Assembly (NCBI GenBank): GCA_951406725.2
Contig: OX597814.1
Span: forward strand, 10,912,001-10,976,000
Reading direction: 5' to 3'
Source of the DNA: Octopus vulgaris
Taxonomy: Eukaryota
DNA length: 64,000 bases
Each line of letters starts with the position of its first letter. Position 1 is the stretch's first letter. Made by a program: the position numbers and the translations under genes. Shown here in pieces: positions 1 through 12,934 of the stretch. Under the pieces are notes generated by a model. It saw only the letters and a program-made list of their open reading frames with translations. It was not told where the DNA came from and made no database searches.

Positions 1-1095
1 TATATCTGGACTCTACAAATGCTTTTGATAAAGTTGATCATAGCATATATTACAAGTTGCGTGATTTCGGCATAGTCAGATTACGTTTTACGCAATTTTT
101 TAAAACAAAATTCAGGAAATGGTGGCCAATGAAGCCACCGCTAAAGAAATACAAACAGTGAGTGGTGTTTCACAGGGTACTGTCTTAGGGAAACTGTGAT
201 TCATAGTGGCCCCGTCAGGCATGTCCTCAGCTGCTCAGCAAGCCATCTTTGCTAGTTATGCAGACGATACAAAAGTCTAGATACAGAAGTCTGGACATGT
301 TGCACACATGGAACAAGAGATGGACGCAATATACAAGAAGGCTGAAGATAACAACATACAGTTTAATGTTGAAAAATTCCAACCTCTGTGCTACCAGCAC
401 ACGAAGCTGAATGAAATACAGACAGAATACATTTGCTCAAAAGGGGCTGAACATCCTGAATCAAAATCAGTGCGCGACTTGGGCACTGACATGAGTAAGG
501 ATACCTTTTTCCATCATTGTTTATTATTTGGCAATATAAAGTAGACGGCTGGCTGCATGGATCCTAGAACGTTCAGAATGAGAGAGCAGGAAACTATGAA
601 GGTCCTGTGGAAGACGTTTGTTCTCAGACGTTTAGACTACTGCTCCCAACCTCATAAAATTAACGGCGGAACTCGAAGCAATCCAGTGAAACAACATAAA
701 AATCTTCTATATGTCAGTTACTGGGAAGACTCTCCTCCCTACAATGAAGTGGGAAAAATATGCAATGATATACATCTGGAAAAATCCTGCAAGGACTTGC
801 ATCAAACATTGGCATTGAAAGTTACACTAAGAGCAGAACAGGCATCACTGCATAGTACCAAAAATCCCAACATTTTCATCAGGATACATGTCCAGATATT
901 GCAACAGCTTGGATTTCAAGGACCCACAGCTCTTCAGTATACTCCCAAAAGGCCTGAGAAACCTGAATGGTGTGGATGTAACTGCTTTCAAAAAAAAATT
1001 GGATCTCTTCTTATGAAAAATTCCGGATGAGCCTACCTCACAGCAAGACACGCAGATGGGGGCAGCAACATCAAGCACCCTCAGTCCCCAAATAC
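1..1095 (+). mobile_element. Decayed CR1/L2-group LINE, reverse transcriptase and 3' end
   Basis: Frameshifted RT motifs YLDSTNAFDKVDH (1-45), SGVSQGTVLG (~160-190), YADDTKV (~257-277), QFNVEKF, VRDLG, LRRLDYCSQ. Confidence 0.85.
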
Positions 1096-1189
1096 CAGAT
1101 TAAGTTTCAACTAGTGAAAGTGTAGCAAAGCCAACTGAAGTGTCCCAGCATGGCCACAACTCTCGATTTGAAATTAAAAAATAAATAAA

Positions 1190-4100
1190 TAAAACAATAA
1201 TTGCGTGCAGTATAATTTCGTCACATTGTGCGGTCATCGCGGGCAGCCACACCTGGCAGTATTTCCCTGCGTGTAGGGTGTCTCTCAAAATGGTAATACC
1301 TACCCATCGGTAGCACTGCCTGGCTAAGGATTTCTGGAAGTTATCCATGGTAACCCCAACTCGATAGTTCCCTGAAAGAGACCAGATAACTCATCCTCGA
1401 CGCTGTTGAGATTTTCCCCGAGAACGTCATCGTTCGTACGCACCACTTGGCCTCTATATAATCCTAACATAGAATCGTCATCTATCATTGCTCTATTAAC
1501 AGAAGATGATGAGTCCCTGATGACATTACAGATGCAAGACGCTCGACCTTGGTCGTTTCTTGATCCCAGACTACAACACATACTCATAGTCCAGGAAAAG
1601 CTACAAGTAGTACCACTTCAGTGCGTGCCTGCGCATCGAGTACCACGGCAAACCAAGCCTAGCTTCCAAAGGTGCTAAAGGCAGAAAACCGCCTGAGCAG
1701 GGTAGCACGACCCTTCTACAGGAAGCCAGAAACTAGACCCCAATCAGACCAAATGTGAACTGGGTCATAGCATAACAGCCAGACGGTAAGTTATGACCGA
1801 GCTAATGTTCGCATTCGTCATCTCTGCTCGACCTTCCAAGGACAGTTTCCTCTCAGGACATTTCTGAGTGAACTAGTTTCCCAGTTCGTAACCTCGTCTC
1901 AGTTCCTGTCATATAGGTTTGAACTAAACCAGACACGTATAATTTAACCGGTCCTTCTGTCTAAATGCCGAACCGCGAGATCACCGACTTGACCGAATTT
2001 ATCTTTTCTCCTACCATCACCTTATATTCCTTTAGACTGCAGTTACTACTGAGACTTCAGTGTTCAACACCATCTCGGTAAAGTTTTTCCCATAAGCCAA
2101 TACAATTATCCCGTATCCCAGCTCGAAAAGGAATGATTCTCTAGGTTTTACAGCAATGACTCGAGAGTCAGCACATATAGAAGAAATGAGAACACTTTTG
2201 ACGAACTGAGTGTGCGATATGAAATGTTTGCTATAGGTGACCGTTCACTCTTTGATTGCCGAGCAAGAGCCACTATGCTTTACGCGAACCAGCCTCTCAA
2301 AATGGGTTTGAAATATGTTGCTTTCGGAAGTACAGCCAAGTATCAATAGTCGACCCTATCGAAACCTTTCAACTGATCCGAAATAATCACCTCCTTCCCA
2401 GGATAGAGGTGTAATGCACTCTCTTTACGATGTATCGAATGAGATGGAAGCTATCGTAGATGAATCTGTAAAGGATAGCACGTACTTGTGCATCTCCGAC
2501 CGAATCACTGGTAAAAAGTACCAATCACTCTGCTAACACTTGGTCACAATCTTGAACTCTGCATTCAGTGGTTTTTGGGACCGGAAATTATTTATAATAT
2601 TCCCTTTGTAGTGCCTTTCTTCAGCAGCATTAACACGTTCTGACCCACAGAACAGGATATTTTACCGAGCTGCTACCAGTTGCGATAGATATAAAACTAA
2701 TGGAGCTAACCATTCAAACTAGATGATTTGTCCCTTGTGCAACCTTTTAATACTACTCGTTGCTCTTATTGGCCTTTCGCAGTAAACTGTATCATTTGCT
2801 GAGCGCTGCAGTAGGCTGTAGAACTAGACACTAAAGTCCTCTAATTATTTCTGACTAATCGATTACTCCCAAAAGTTGAGCAAAGTGATGCTTTGACGCC
2901 TCATCTGCTTCTCACTATGTAGTATGCACCCATCCTGGTTAATCAAAGACCAAATTGTTGCATTGTTGCTACATTGCACTTTCGTCATAAAAGGACTTTC
3001 GTTCGTCCTTGCTTAAGCACATGAGCTCTAGCACTGACAGGGCAGCCATCGTGTTTCGCTTTGAAGAAATAGCCGAGGGCTATTCTTTCTGATAGCACGT
3101 AGATCAGGATGTCACTTCTAATGGCCTTATATAGTTTGATGACCTGCATCTCCTCAACTCTCTGTAGCCAGATCCTTGCCCATGATTCCTGTCGAAGTCA
3201 CCTGTGTAGATAAAGAATTTGTGATCTGTGTATCAGGCTAATTTAAATTATTTTTATTAATTGGCCTAACGAATTCTCTAATTACGCCCTAGAGGATCCA
3301 TTTTAGTGGTGGATCCAAATCTACACTAGCATATTCGAGATATCCAGTCGCTACCTGTCAAACAGCTGGAAGGGTATAAGCAGGATTTTGAAACTTTTGC
3401 ACTCCTTGTTCTATATGTAAACCTTACGTGATCTCACCGTGCGTCTGAAATACAGCTCCACTCCTCCACTAGTACTAAGGAACTGGATATTCCCAGGAAG
3501 GTTTATAGACGTCTAAAGAAGTCTAGTAGTTCAGCTTCGGAAGATGCATAGATGGTTCCTACTGCTTTTACTGTGACTCACATCCAGTACCACTGACTTA
3601 GCACCATCCCGGACAAGAGAACACAGTTCCTACCTTTAAACTTAACTATTTCTGGAAAACACTGCCACTCAAGAGTTTGATATCAAGATGGGTATAGCTT
3701 GTCAAAAATGGAGCTGTGTGCAAGCGTTCCAGAAATTCTGGTTTTGGTAATGGCTAGCACATCTATGTCTGGTGATCTAAGGACATTAAGTTACATTACT
3801 TCCAAGCTGACTCCAAGTCACGTGCTTTTATACGTCCTATTCTGAGTGGCATCATTTCTATTCGAGAAAGTAAGAAGAGTGTTTACTCAACTCTCTCATC
3901 GTGTATAGCATATAGTTTCCATTTTTTCTCGAAGCAAATGACGTTAAAACGTTCTTGTAATAAAATCTTGTTTACAGTTTTTTCTAAAACTTACCACGCT
4001 TCCTCGGAAATCATACAAGAGCGTATGATAAATATAACTACAGTTTCATTAATAATCTGTTTTTAGGTATTTGGGGGAAGAATTTACCAAATTTTCCCTC

Positions 4101-4950
4101 TTCCATTGTTATTTCTTTATCATTATGTTTTAGATAATCTATCAACACTCTTTTGAGTGTCTTTTGATGTTTTTGATAGACTTTTTGGTTGTAGTTTATG
4201 GTTTTCGCCCTTTGCTTTGGAGTGCTTTTATAACTTGTCACTCCATGAATTCCTCCATTTCTTGTTCAATATTTTACGATGATTCAGAAAAGAAAAGCAA
4301 AAGATGGTTTTAGCGTACGTCTGTATTTCGGGCCTTGGTTTTCAGTAGTTCTTGATGCTGGATTTATAGTTGCTGATGTAGTTGTAGTTGTATCGTAAGC
4401 AGTAAAATGGTTTCTGCCAGAAGAAAGAACGTCTTCTGATGGATGATTTTTGTACAAGAATTACATTCTACTGAGATTCCCATTCCCTAGCTATATGATT
4501 CGATGATCTTTTTTTAAAGTTTTCTTGAGTTAGCAGCAGCTGTGCATCTACTTATAATCTGAAGCACTTTTTGTGTATGGTCGTTCGCAAACTAACAATT
4601 TTCTGAACTGCTCCAAATTCATTTTAAAATAATTACAGTTCATTTTAGATGGCACATTGTTTGGTGTCACCTTACATATACTCTTCTCTAAACACGAGGA
4701 TCGAAGTACATATTGCTCGAATGAGCTAAAAGCTTTATGAATGCTTCAAGAGCCACTTCTTCATTGAGGCAGAATACATCTACTATCCCATAATATTTCC
4801 TTTTCTCTGGTGCCATACTGATCCTCAACATCGCCTCCACGCATATATGTTGCGTTGTTTCCACATCAAATCTCTTACCAATCACTCTGCCAAATGCTTT
4901 CTTTCCCCAACGTCGTCCGACTGGAATTAACTTCTTGCTCATTTCTTTCC
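1190..4950 (-). mobile_element. Decayed L1/Tx1-like LINE (ORF1-like region, APE endonuclease, RT)
   Basis: Minus strand: MPLRIGRI..ARDL and DIDVLAITKTRI (APE N-terminus, ~3750-3860), DQLKGFDRVD (~2350-2385), SVRQ..CS / LLYVLTLESLL (~2150-2210); upstream ORF 4688..4942 and a degenerate CxxC may be ORF1. Many stops and frameshifts. Confidence 0.7.
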
Positions 4951-5300
4951 TACAGGAATTTACTTACAAATGATCCAGAGAAACATTAATGACAACAATC
5001 TCACTGATCTACGGAGATCTTCCGCTCGACCTCATAAATACTAAACAACGTTATCTTACCATGTCGTATTATAGATATTTATGCAAAACATGAAACGTTT
5101 TAATCCTACCAGTCTCTAAGTGACTGTTAAATTCATAGTTACTTACTCCTGAATAAAACATCATAAAATAATAATCTCTATTATAAGAGGTGATGCGTTG
5201 CTCTTTCTGGTCGTCTGTTACAGGCTGTATTCAGATCAAGTCGATTTTCGAGTAAGTAATGTAGACAAACGGAAAAAAATATCGGTGAATTTATTCAAGA

Positions 5301-5640
5301 TGCGTGGCATCTTGGGCAAGTGTCTTCTGCTATAGCCCCACGCTGACCAATGCCTTGTGAGTGGATTTGGTAGACGGAAACTGAAAGACGCCTGTCGTAT
5401 ATATGTATATATATATATGACTGTATGTGTGTCTGTGTTTGTCCCCCTAGCATTGCTTGACAACCGATGCTGGTGTGTTTACGTCCCCGTCACGTAGCGG
5501 TTCGGCAAAAGAGACCGATAGAATAAGTACTGGGCTTACAAAGAATAAGTCCCGGGGTCGATTTGCTCGACCAAAGGCGGTGCTCCAGCATGGCCGCAGT
5601 CAACTGACTGAAACAAGTAAAAGAGTAAAAGAGTAAAGAG
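5301..5640 (+). mobile_element. tRNA-derived SINE family A (octopus OR-like), 5'-truncated
   Basis: High identity to full-length copy 32419-32840; ttgggcaagtgtcttct, internal (TA)(TG) tract, (GTAAAAGA)n tail. Confidence 0.85.
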
Positions 5641-6985
5641 AATTTATTCATATTCAACGTACGAAAAAGTATATTTGTGATTTGATTTTGGTCTAAATTT
5701 CTATTTTCCTCGTGCACCACCAAAAACAATGGTTATGAATGTTTCACTTCCAAATATAATTTATGTGCGACTAAAAGGAAAAAATATAAACGGGGAAACC
5801 TGAAAGAAGAGGTAGTAAATGTAAGGACATATATTCTAAAACAATTCAGCTAGTTAATCAGATAATTTTGCTGTGGACATATTTCAGTTAATTGAATGCA
5901 GCTCATGCTTTCTCATTAAATTACCTTATTTTGAAAGAGAATAAAACATTTAAAAAACTCTTCACTCAGTATTACAGTTAATTCGCCTCTTGGTATTATT
6001 TTCCACTTAAATATTTCTTCATATACAACATTTGTGAAATTAAAGAACATTAGTGAAAACAATCCTCACATTGAATATAAATAGTTTACTAAAACTTATC
6101 ATTTACCACTTTGTCTGAGTATGATGAAGCTTTGGTTGACGTATTTCAATATACGTTAATATTGTGGATTAGTAAACTAATCTTTTAGACACTCATTGTC
6201 TGCCATAAATAAAATTAACATGCATATTCAAAAATATGAAACATATTCTATGGTTACACAAACTGTTAGATATAGCAGGCAAGTTTCCAATAAACCAGCC
6301 AGAGAAACAAATCGTACTTATGAATTTGACTAAGAATGTTGATTAAGGAGAGGTCATATAAAAGAATGTAAATATTCATCGATGTATGTACTGAAACTGC
6401 AGAATTGAAAATAAAATACCTTTTTAGAAATAAACATTTTTAATTAAAGAAAATTCGAATGTTATTTTATTGAGTATTCACTGAGAAAGGCAACCTGAAT
6501 TTCAATAATTTACCTAATCAAAAACTGTTTAATATAACAATTATTTTTCTGAAAATATACACAGGTGAATATAATAAATTTCTAATTCTCCCAGGGGCTC
6601 TTGACTTACACTGAATATATTTTATCTTAAAGGTAACAATGTAAAATGGTCAAAAATTTTTAATTAATGATTTTATCCTCTTGCCGTCAGTTATGTGACA
6701 GATAACGATCTAATAAATATTATTATAGAAGTGTGATGTCTTTTTTCGTAGTATACGTTGAGTGAAGCTTTATGCGATTGTCCAAAATCCTAAAATGACA
6801 AACCAGATTTCTGTTGAATAACCCATTTAACAATCATGTACTCAGTATACCGTAAGCGCTCTAGCCACGACCATGCTAATGGTCATGTTCAGCGTTCTCT
6901 TTTGAACGCTCGATCAGGGCTAACCACCGGATAAACAGCATAACCAATAAAGATGGTAGCGATAATAGTTAAACATATGGTAATA

Positions 6986-7017
<32 letters not shown>

Positions 7018-7104
7018 GAAGGGAGAAGGGTAATGACTTTGATGAAAAATAAAGAAAATATATAGACACAAGAATGATTTGCTTCGTTCAATCATTAATT
7101 TTAT

Positions 7105-7111
7105 TTAGTTC

Positions 7112-7174
<63 letters not shown>

Positions 7175-7196
7175 CATACATATATACATACATATA

Positions 7197-7234
<38 letters not shown>

Positions 7235-7262
7235 CATACATATATACATACATATATATTTC

Positions 7263-7308
<46 letters not shown>

Positions 7309-7336
7309 CATACATATATACATACATATATATTTC

Positions 7337-7398
<62 letters not shown>

Positions 7399-7420
7399 CA
7401 CATACATATATACATGTAAG
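7105..7420. repeat. Compound (TA)n/(TACA)n microsatellite with higher-order units
   Basis: Unit catacatacatatatacatacatatatatt at 7171, 7231, 7305 separated by (TA)n. Confidence 0.9.
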
Positions 7421-8177
7421 TTCAATCATCATTTAGCAAAAAATCATAATATTAATATAATGATAATAATATAATATTAATAATAAAATTATATGAAAAA
7501 AAAAACAAACAAATTCAAACAATACACCAATCTTTAACCTTTAGCCTGTTAGTCAACAGAAAGTTCCAATGACAGTGCATAGTTGAAAAGATGGCAAATT
7601 CTACAGAGAAGCACCATTTATGAGTGAATATTTTTAAAATAGTCCAAACAGTGCAGATTTTCTTTTGATTATTATATTTTTTTACATTTCTTTATTTGTT
7701 TTCCTTTTTTTATTTTTCTGATATCGTTCTTTATCTTATATTTTTACATATTGATCTATTGTTCACAATGATTTTTAAATCAGTTGCATTTCTGTTTTCA
7801 AGTCATATACAAATATACATACATATATACATATATAAATATATACTTGCATACATATATATATGTACCTATATGTATATGCATATGAATATATGTGTGT
7901 GTATATGTACATATATTGTATTTTTTTTTGTAGTTTTCAGCAAAATATTGAGTCCAGGAATTATCTCCAAATATTAATTTTGTAGTATATTTGTCATGTC
8001 ATATATATACGCATATGTACATGTGAAGGTATGTATACTTGGTTTGGGGCTTAACCAGGTGTTTATTTCATTTTAACATTTTGACACAATACCATGAGTA
8101 TATCCCCGTTTGAAATATATAAGTTAAATTGTATTCCTCCAATTTTCAGCACAATCAATAAAATTATTTTGACACAC

Positions 8178-8208
<31 letters not shown>

Positions 8209-8689
8209 TGTATGTATATGCATCATGGTGTACGTGTGAGTATCATATGTATTTGTGGAGTATATACATGTATTTGAAAACAAAGTATGACTGCTCACTT
8301 CACACTCTATAACATAAGTTTCTTCTTTATTTGGCGGAAAGCAAAGAAGGGAATTAAACTGTAAATTTTATTAAATACACACATACACACATACATTTTG
8401 TGACAATTATTATTCATACATATAAATATCTGCAATATGTATTTACATCCACACACACATATTTGCAAATAGGCGTAAGAGTCTGTAGACTTATACACGT
8501 ATATGTGAGTTATTACTCAATATTGGACATTTTAAATACGTCTCAACCTAAGTTTTTCTTTGATGCTGTTATATACCTCTTTCATATCAGCATATATATT
8601 GCACATATGCATACATACAGTCATATATACATATATAAATATATATATATTTATATATGTGTGTATATACATATATATCCACACAAACA

Positions 8690-8742
<53 letters not shown>

Positions 8743-8809
8743 CAACGGTCATTATACAATCTCTGATACTTCCTTATATACTACCAATTATACACGTGCA
8801 TACATATAC

Positions 8810-8865
<56 letters not shown>

Positions 8866-8867
<2 letters not shown>

Positions 8868-8934
8868 TTAAATCCTTAATCCTTAAAAATGCTGTAGCCC
8901 GAAGGCCGCGGCCATGCTGGGGCACCACCGCTGG
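8866..8934 (-). mobile_element. SINE 3' tail fragment (family A-related)
   Basis: Minus strand gcggtggtgccccagcatggccgc matches the family A 3' region; ends in an AAGGATT-type tail. Confidence 0.6.
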
Positions 8935-9424
8935 TATATATATATATATATATATATTGGCAAAATAAGTGCCTATATTATGTTTTATATTTATATTTCT
9001 TTCCGTCAAAGAAACTAATTTTATTTTCATTCGTTTTGCTGATTCTTTACAAAACGCTTAGGATTTCTCCCCCGGAGTATGACAATGAGGGTGATTGTGG
9101 TGGTTATGTTGGGATTATTGTTATTAGCTTGTTAAGCTTTTATAACAACTAATTGCTTAATAAATGATAATATGAGGGAAGAAGCCATTTCCGATTGAAT
9201 TACAAAGCTTTGGGCAATGAAGGAAAAGAAATTCCATAATCCATCTTCTCCAGTGACGTAACAAAGAACGCAGCCAGTGAAACGATGTCTTGAGGAGAAA
9301 CAGGGCAAACAACGATAACAATTATCAGAGAGTTTTTTGTAATTAATATTCTTAGATGTAATTTATAAGCTGTAAATTATTGTGCAACGTGGCTACAATT
9401 GTCTTTGCTACATTTTTTCATTTC

Positions 9425-9455
<31 letters not shown>

Positions 9456-9765
9456 CGGTTGTGGCCAATCAAGGGAAATACGATGGTTGTGGTCAATCAA
9501 GAGAGTAGACATTGTATCAATAGTAAATGGTGTACTTGAAAGTATCAGCACTCAATTACCAACATGGCTGAAAAAGATTGGTGCAAGTGTGAAGATAGAA
9601 CACCTACAAAACTCAGCATTGCTTGGAACTGCTAGAATTCTTCGCAGGGTTCTTGAAGCATGACCAGTAAAAATGTGTCACGTTAGTCTGCAGGCTGTGG
9701 ACAGCTGGCACTTTCCATCATACTCAGCAAAATACGCTGTGAGTTTTCATATTATAATAAGAATG
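9456..9765 (+). mobile_element. 3' fragment of an RLE-type non-LTR retrotransposon (R4/Dong-like)
   Basis: REIRWLWSIKRVDIVSIVNG...IEHLQNSALLGTARILRRVLEA* (stop 9661-9663), typical R4/Dong C-terminus; 5' junction at (TAA)10. Confidence 0.75.
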
Positions 9766-10050
9766 ATAATAATCTAATGATAGGGCATGAACAAGTGGAT
9801 GCATTTTAAAGTCTCCTGTTTATTTAAGGAGAGAGTCAGACACTGGAGAAAATGCTATGCCCGGATACATGGATATTCACAATATCGACGCCACGTTTTG
9901 AAATACTTCAAACAGAAAACAAGACTGAATATTAGCTCAGCTCGATGGAAATTTCATTTCTTGCAGCAGAAGTACACCATTTATAGATTTTCTTTTTGTT
10001 CTTCCCGTTGTTTTTGTTGATGACGGTGAACCGTAGCTAACCGTGGCAAG

Positions 10051-10090
<40 letters not shown>

Positions 10091-10113
<23 letters not shown>

Positions 10114-10297
10114 TTGCCATGATAGATTGTTAGTCACTACACACATTTATTTCTCTCTTTGTTTCGCTGTCCCTTTCTGTGGAAGAGCGTAAGCTCGAAA
10201 CGTAAAAGACTTTTTTCTATTCCTGAGCGTTATACTAATACATTTGTTTGTTTTGTACACCACCTCTCTTCGTCTTTTGTTTTTTTCGTAAACTCTC

Positions 10298-10301
<4 letters not shown>
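10091..10301 (+). mobile_element. Short non-coding element with a hammerhead-like motif (possible Penelope-type solo pseudo-LTR or retrozyme-like unit)
   Basis: About 210 bp between two (TA)n tracts; clearly homologous to 57175-57368. Confidence 0.6.
10173..10208 (+). ncRNA. Minimal type-I hammerhead ribozyme-like motif
   Basis: CTTT-CTGTGGA-A-GAGC(GTAA)GCTC-GAAAC-GTA-AAAG: stems I and II pair perfectly; core differs from CUGANGA at position 6. Confidence 0.55.
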
Positions 10302-10354
<53 letters not shown>

Positions 10355-10360
10355 TATATA

Positions 10361-10566
10361 CTGTTGTGTCTGGGGAGAGTCATTCTCTTTTGGTGCCTTA
10401 TAATCTAAAACACTCACCGGTAAAATTTCCACTTATTTCTTTTTTCTTTTTCTAAAATTTTCGTTGCGTCTTAGAAAAATGAAAAAAGAAATAGGTGGAA
10501 ATTTTACCATTGAGTGTGTTAGATTATAAGGCACCAAAAGAGAATGACCCTCCCCAGACACAACAG
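10361..10566. mobile_element. Foldback / MITE-like long inverted repeat
   Basis: Arms 10361-10455 and 10471-10566, 5 substitutions + 1 indel, 15-nt loop. Confidence 0.85.
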
Positions 10567-11459
10567 AATATGCTTCAACACACGAACTCACATAAAGAAT
10601 CTTGCAAACCAAATCCAAAAACGAAATATATATAAATATAACCAAAGACAATTTAACCGTGATGATCCAGTGATTTCCCCACTTAATCTTAGAATTACAT
10701 CACATGATACGTTATCTGTGTCATCACCGTATTTCTTTAGAGGTAAGACGGTACGGTATGATTTAAAGGAGAATTAGCTTCGATTTCTAACGGATCATTT
10801 GACTTGACCTTCGATAGGCTTGTTTTTTTGGCTTCTTAGATAAACAAATCTCAAATTTATATTAAATGCCTGTATGTGTGCGCGCGTATGTGTGTGAGTG
10901 TGTGTGTGTGTATGTGTGTGTGTGTGTGAGTATGTGTGTGTGTGTGTGGTGTGCATGAAAACTGAAGGGTGGGGGAAAACATGATAGATTTTCTATGTGG
11001 TGTTCAAACCTCAGACATTAACCACTGTACCAGTAATAACTGAAAATCTAAAATATATATTCGAAGTTACTCAATTAAAGAGTACCAATCAACGCTTAAT
11101 CATCATTCTCATTAATTTATCACTGTCTGAACCATTATATGAGCGAGTTCGTTCAGTAAACAAACTACAAAAAAAAAAAAAAAGATTTTCTTATATTTAC
11201 ACAGATTTATTTTATAGAGTTTACTGAGAGAATTTGAGTGAAGTCTGTCGTAGGTTGCGAATTTAATGGTCTCATTTTTTTTTGTCTTTTTTTCCTTTTT
11301 GCATTTTTAACAATTTTTGTGGATTGAAGTTAGGACCTCTTACAACAAAATGGAATCTGATTATTGCCGTTAGTTCTTTTTTTTTTCCTTTCAATAAAAT
11401 AATCCAGCATTATGTTTCCCATTTATATACTTTTAATGTTGATTTCGTTATCGAATGTT

Positions 11460-11467
11460 TATTATTA

Positions 11468-11515
<48 letters not shown>

Positions 11516-11695
11516 CAAAGTTCATCATTTTTATTTCATGTACGGTTATTCCACTCCCATGTAAACCCAGTTCGATAGTTTTGAAAAACCGCAGTTATTT
11601 TTCTCCTCCGTGTAAGATTCGCTTCTGGCAAATATATAGAACCGATTTATTATTGACATCGTCCTCAACACCAACACCATTACCATCGCTGCCAT

Positions 11696-11729
<34 letters not shown>

Positions 11730-12112
11730 GTCGTCGTCGTCATCATCATCATTATTATTATTATTATAGCTTTTTCTACATTTGCCTCCATTACTGTGAT
11801 AGCAAAACGTAGAGCAATATCGTTACAGTTTGCCGTATTGTTTAATGATCTCTTCGTTATTGTTGTTGCTGCTGTTGCTAATGTCATTATTGCTATTTTC
11901 TTTTTCTTATTGTCTTATTGTTTTGACATTGTTCTTGTTGTTGTTGTTTCTTATGTTACACTCATCGTTGTTAAAGTTGCTGCCATTGTTCTTTAGAGCC
12001 ATGGCTTGTCGTAGACCCGGCCTTTTCTAGTGTTGTGGTTATTGTTGCATTCGTGTTGAAATTCTTCCTGTTATTGTTGTAGTTGATGCTGTACTTGTGC
12101 TGTTGGCGTTGC

Positions 12113-12149
<37 letters not shown>

Positions 12150-12180
12150 GCTGTCGTTGTTGTTGTTGGTGGTGGTGGTG
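11460..12180. repeat. Field of trinucleotide microsatellites (ATT, ATC, GTC, TTG, CTG)
   Basis: Direct inspection; explains poly-L/Y/M/Q pseudo-ORFs. Confidence 0.9.
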
Positions 12181-12889
12181 ATATGGCTGTTGTGTTTGCT
12201 TGCATAGAGCTATAATCAATTGGCGTTTTAGCCGTAACCATCTAGTTTTCCTCTTGAGCAAGAAACACACCATCATTTTTGAAGATGGTAGGATTTCATT
12301 TTAGAGGGAAATCTTTATTATTTCTTGCAGAATGAACAACCACGTTGAAGATCCCACGTTTGTCTGAGAGAATGGTTGGTACTGCGTTTGCTACTAATAT
12401 TACTGCTTCTTTCGCAAATGCTATACTTTGCTCTCGTTATTGTTATCACTAATAAAACGAAATAGATTTTTTCAGATATCGAAAAGTTTCTTTTACAATA
12501 ATTGTTATCATTCTTGTCGTTATTATTGTTGTTGTTGCTGTTATTGTTGTTGTTGTTTGCTGTTGCTGTGGCTATTGCAGATACTAACAGTGTTTCTCCA
12601 ACAAAAGGAAGTTAGACTTTGCCAAAATGCAAACAGTTGTCTTTTTTTTTTTTAATAGAATCCGCATTTAGATTTTTTGTTCGTTGTTGTTGCTGCTCTA
12701 GTTTTAAGTAGTTTTTTTGTTTGTTCCTGTGTATGTAGTTCAATGGGGGGGGAGGGGAGTTTGGTTAATATGCAGTTGCTAGACGGGTTCATAACGAAGA
12801 TATTCAAGTGGCAGAATTCAACATAGATGATTTTTCCTTTGTCACTTTTTATACTTCTACCTTTATTTCAATTATTTTTATTCACTTTT

Positions 12890-12934
<45 letters not shown>

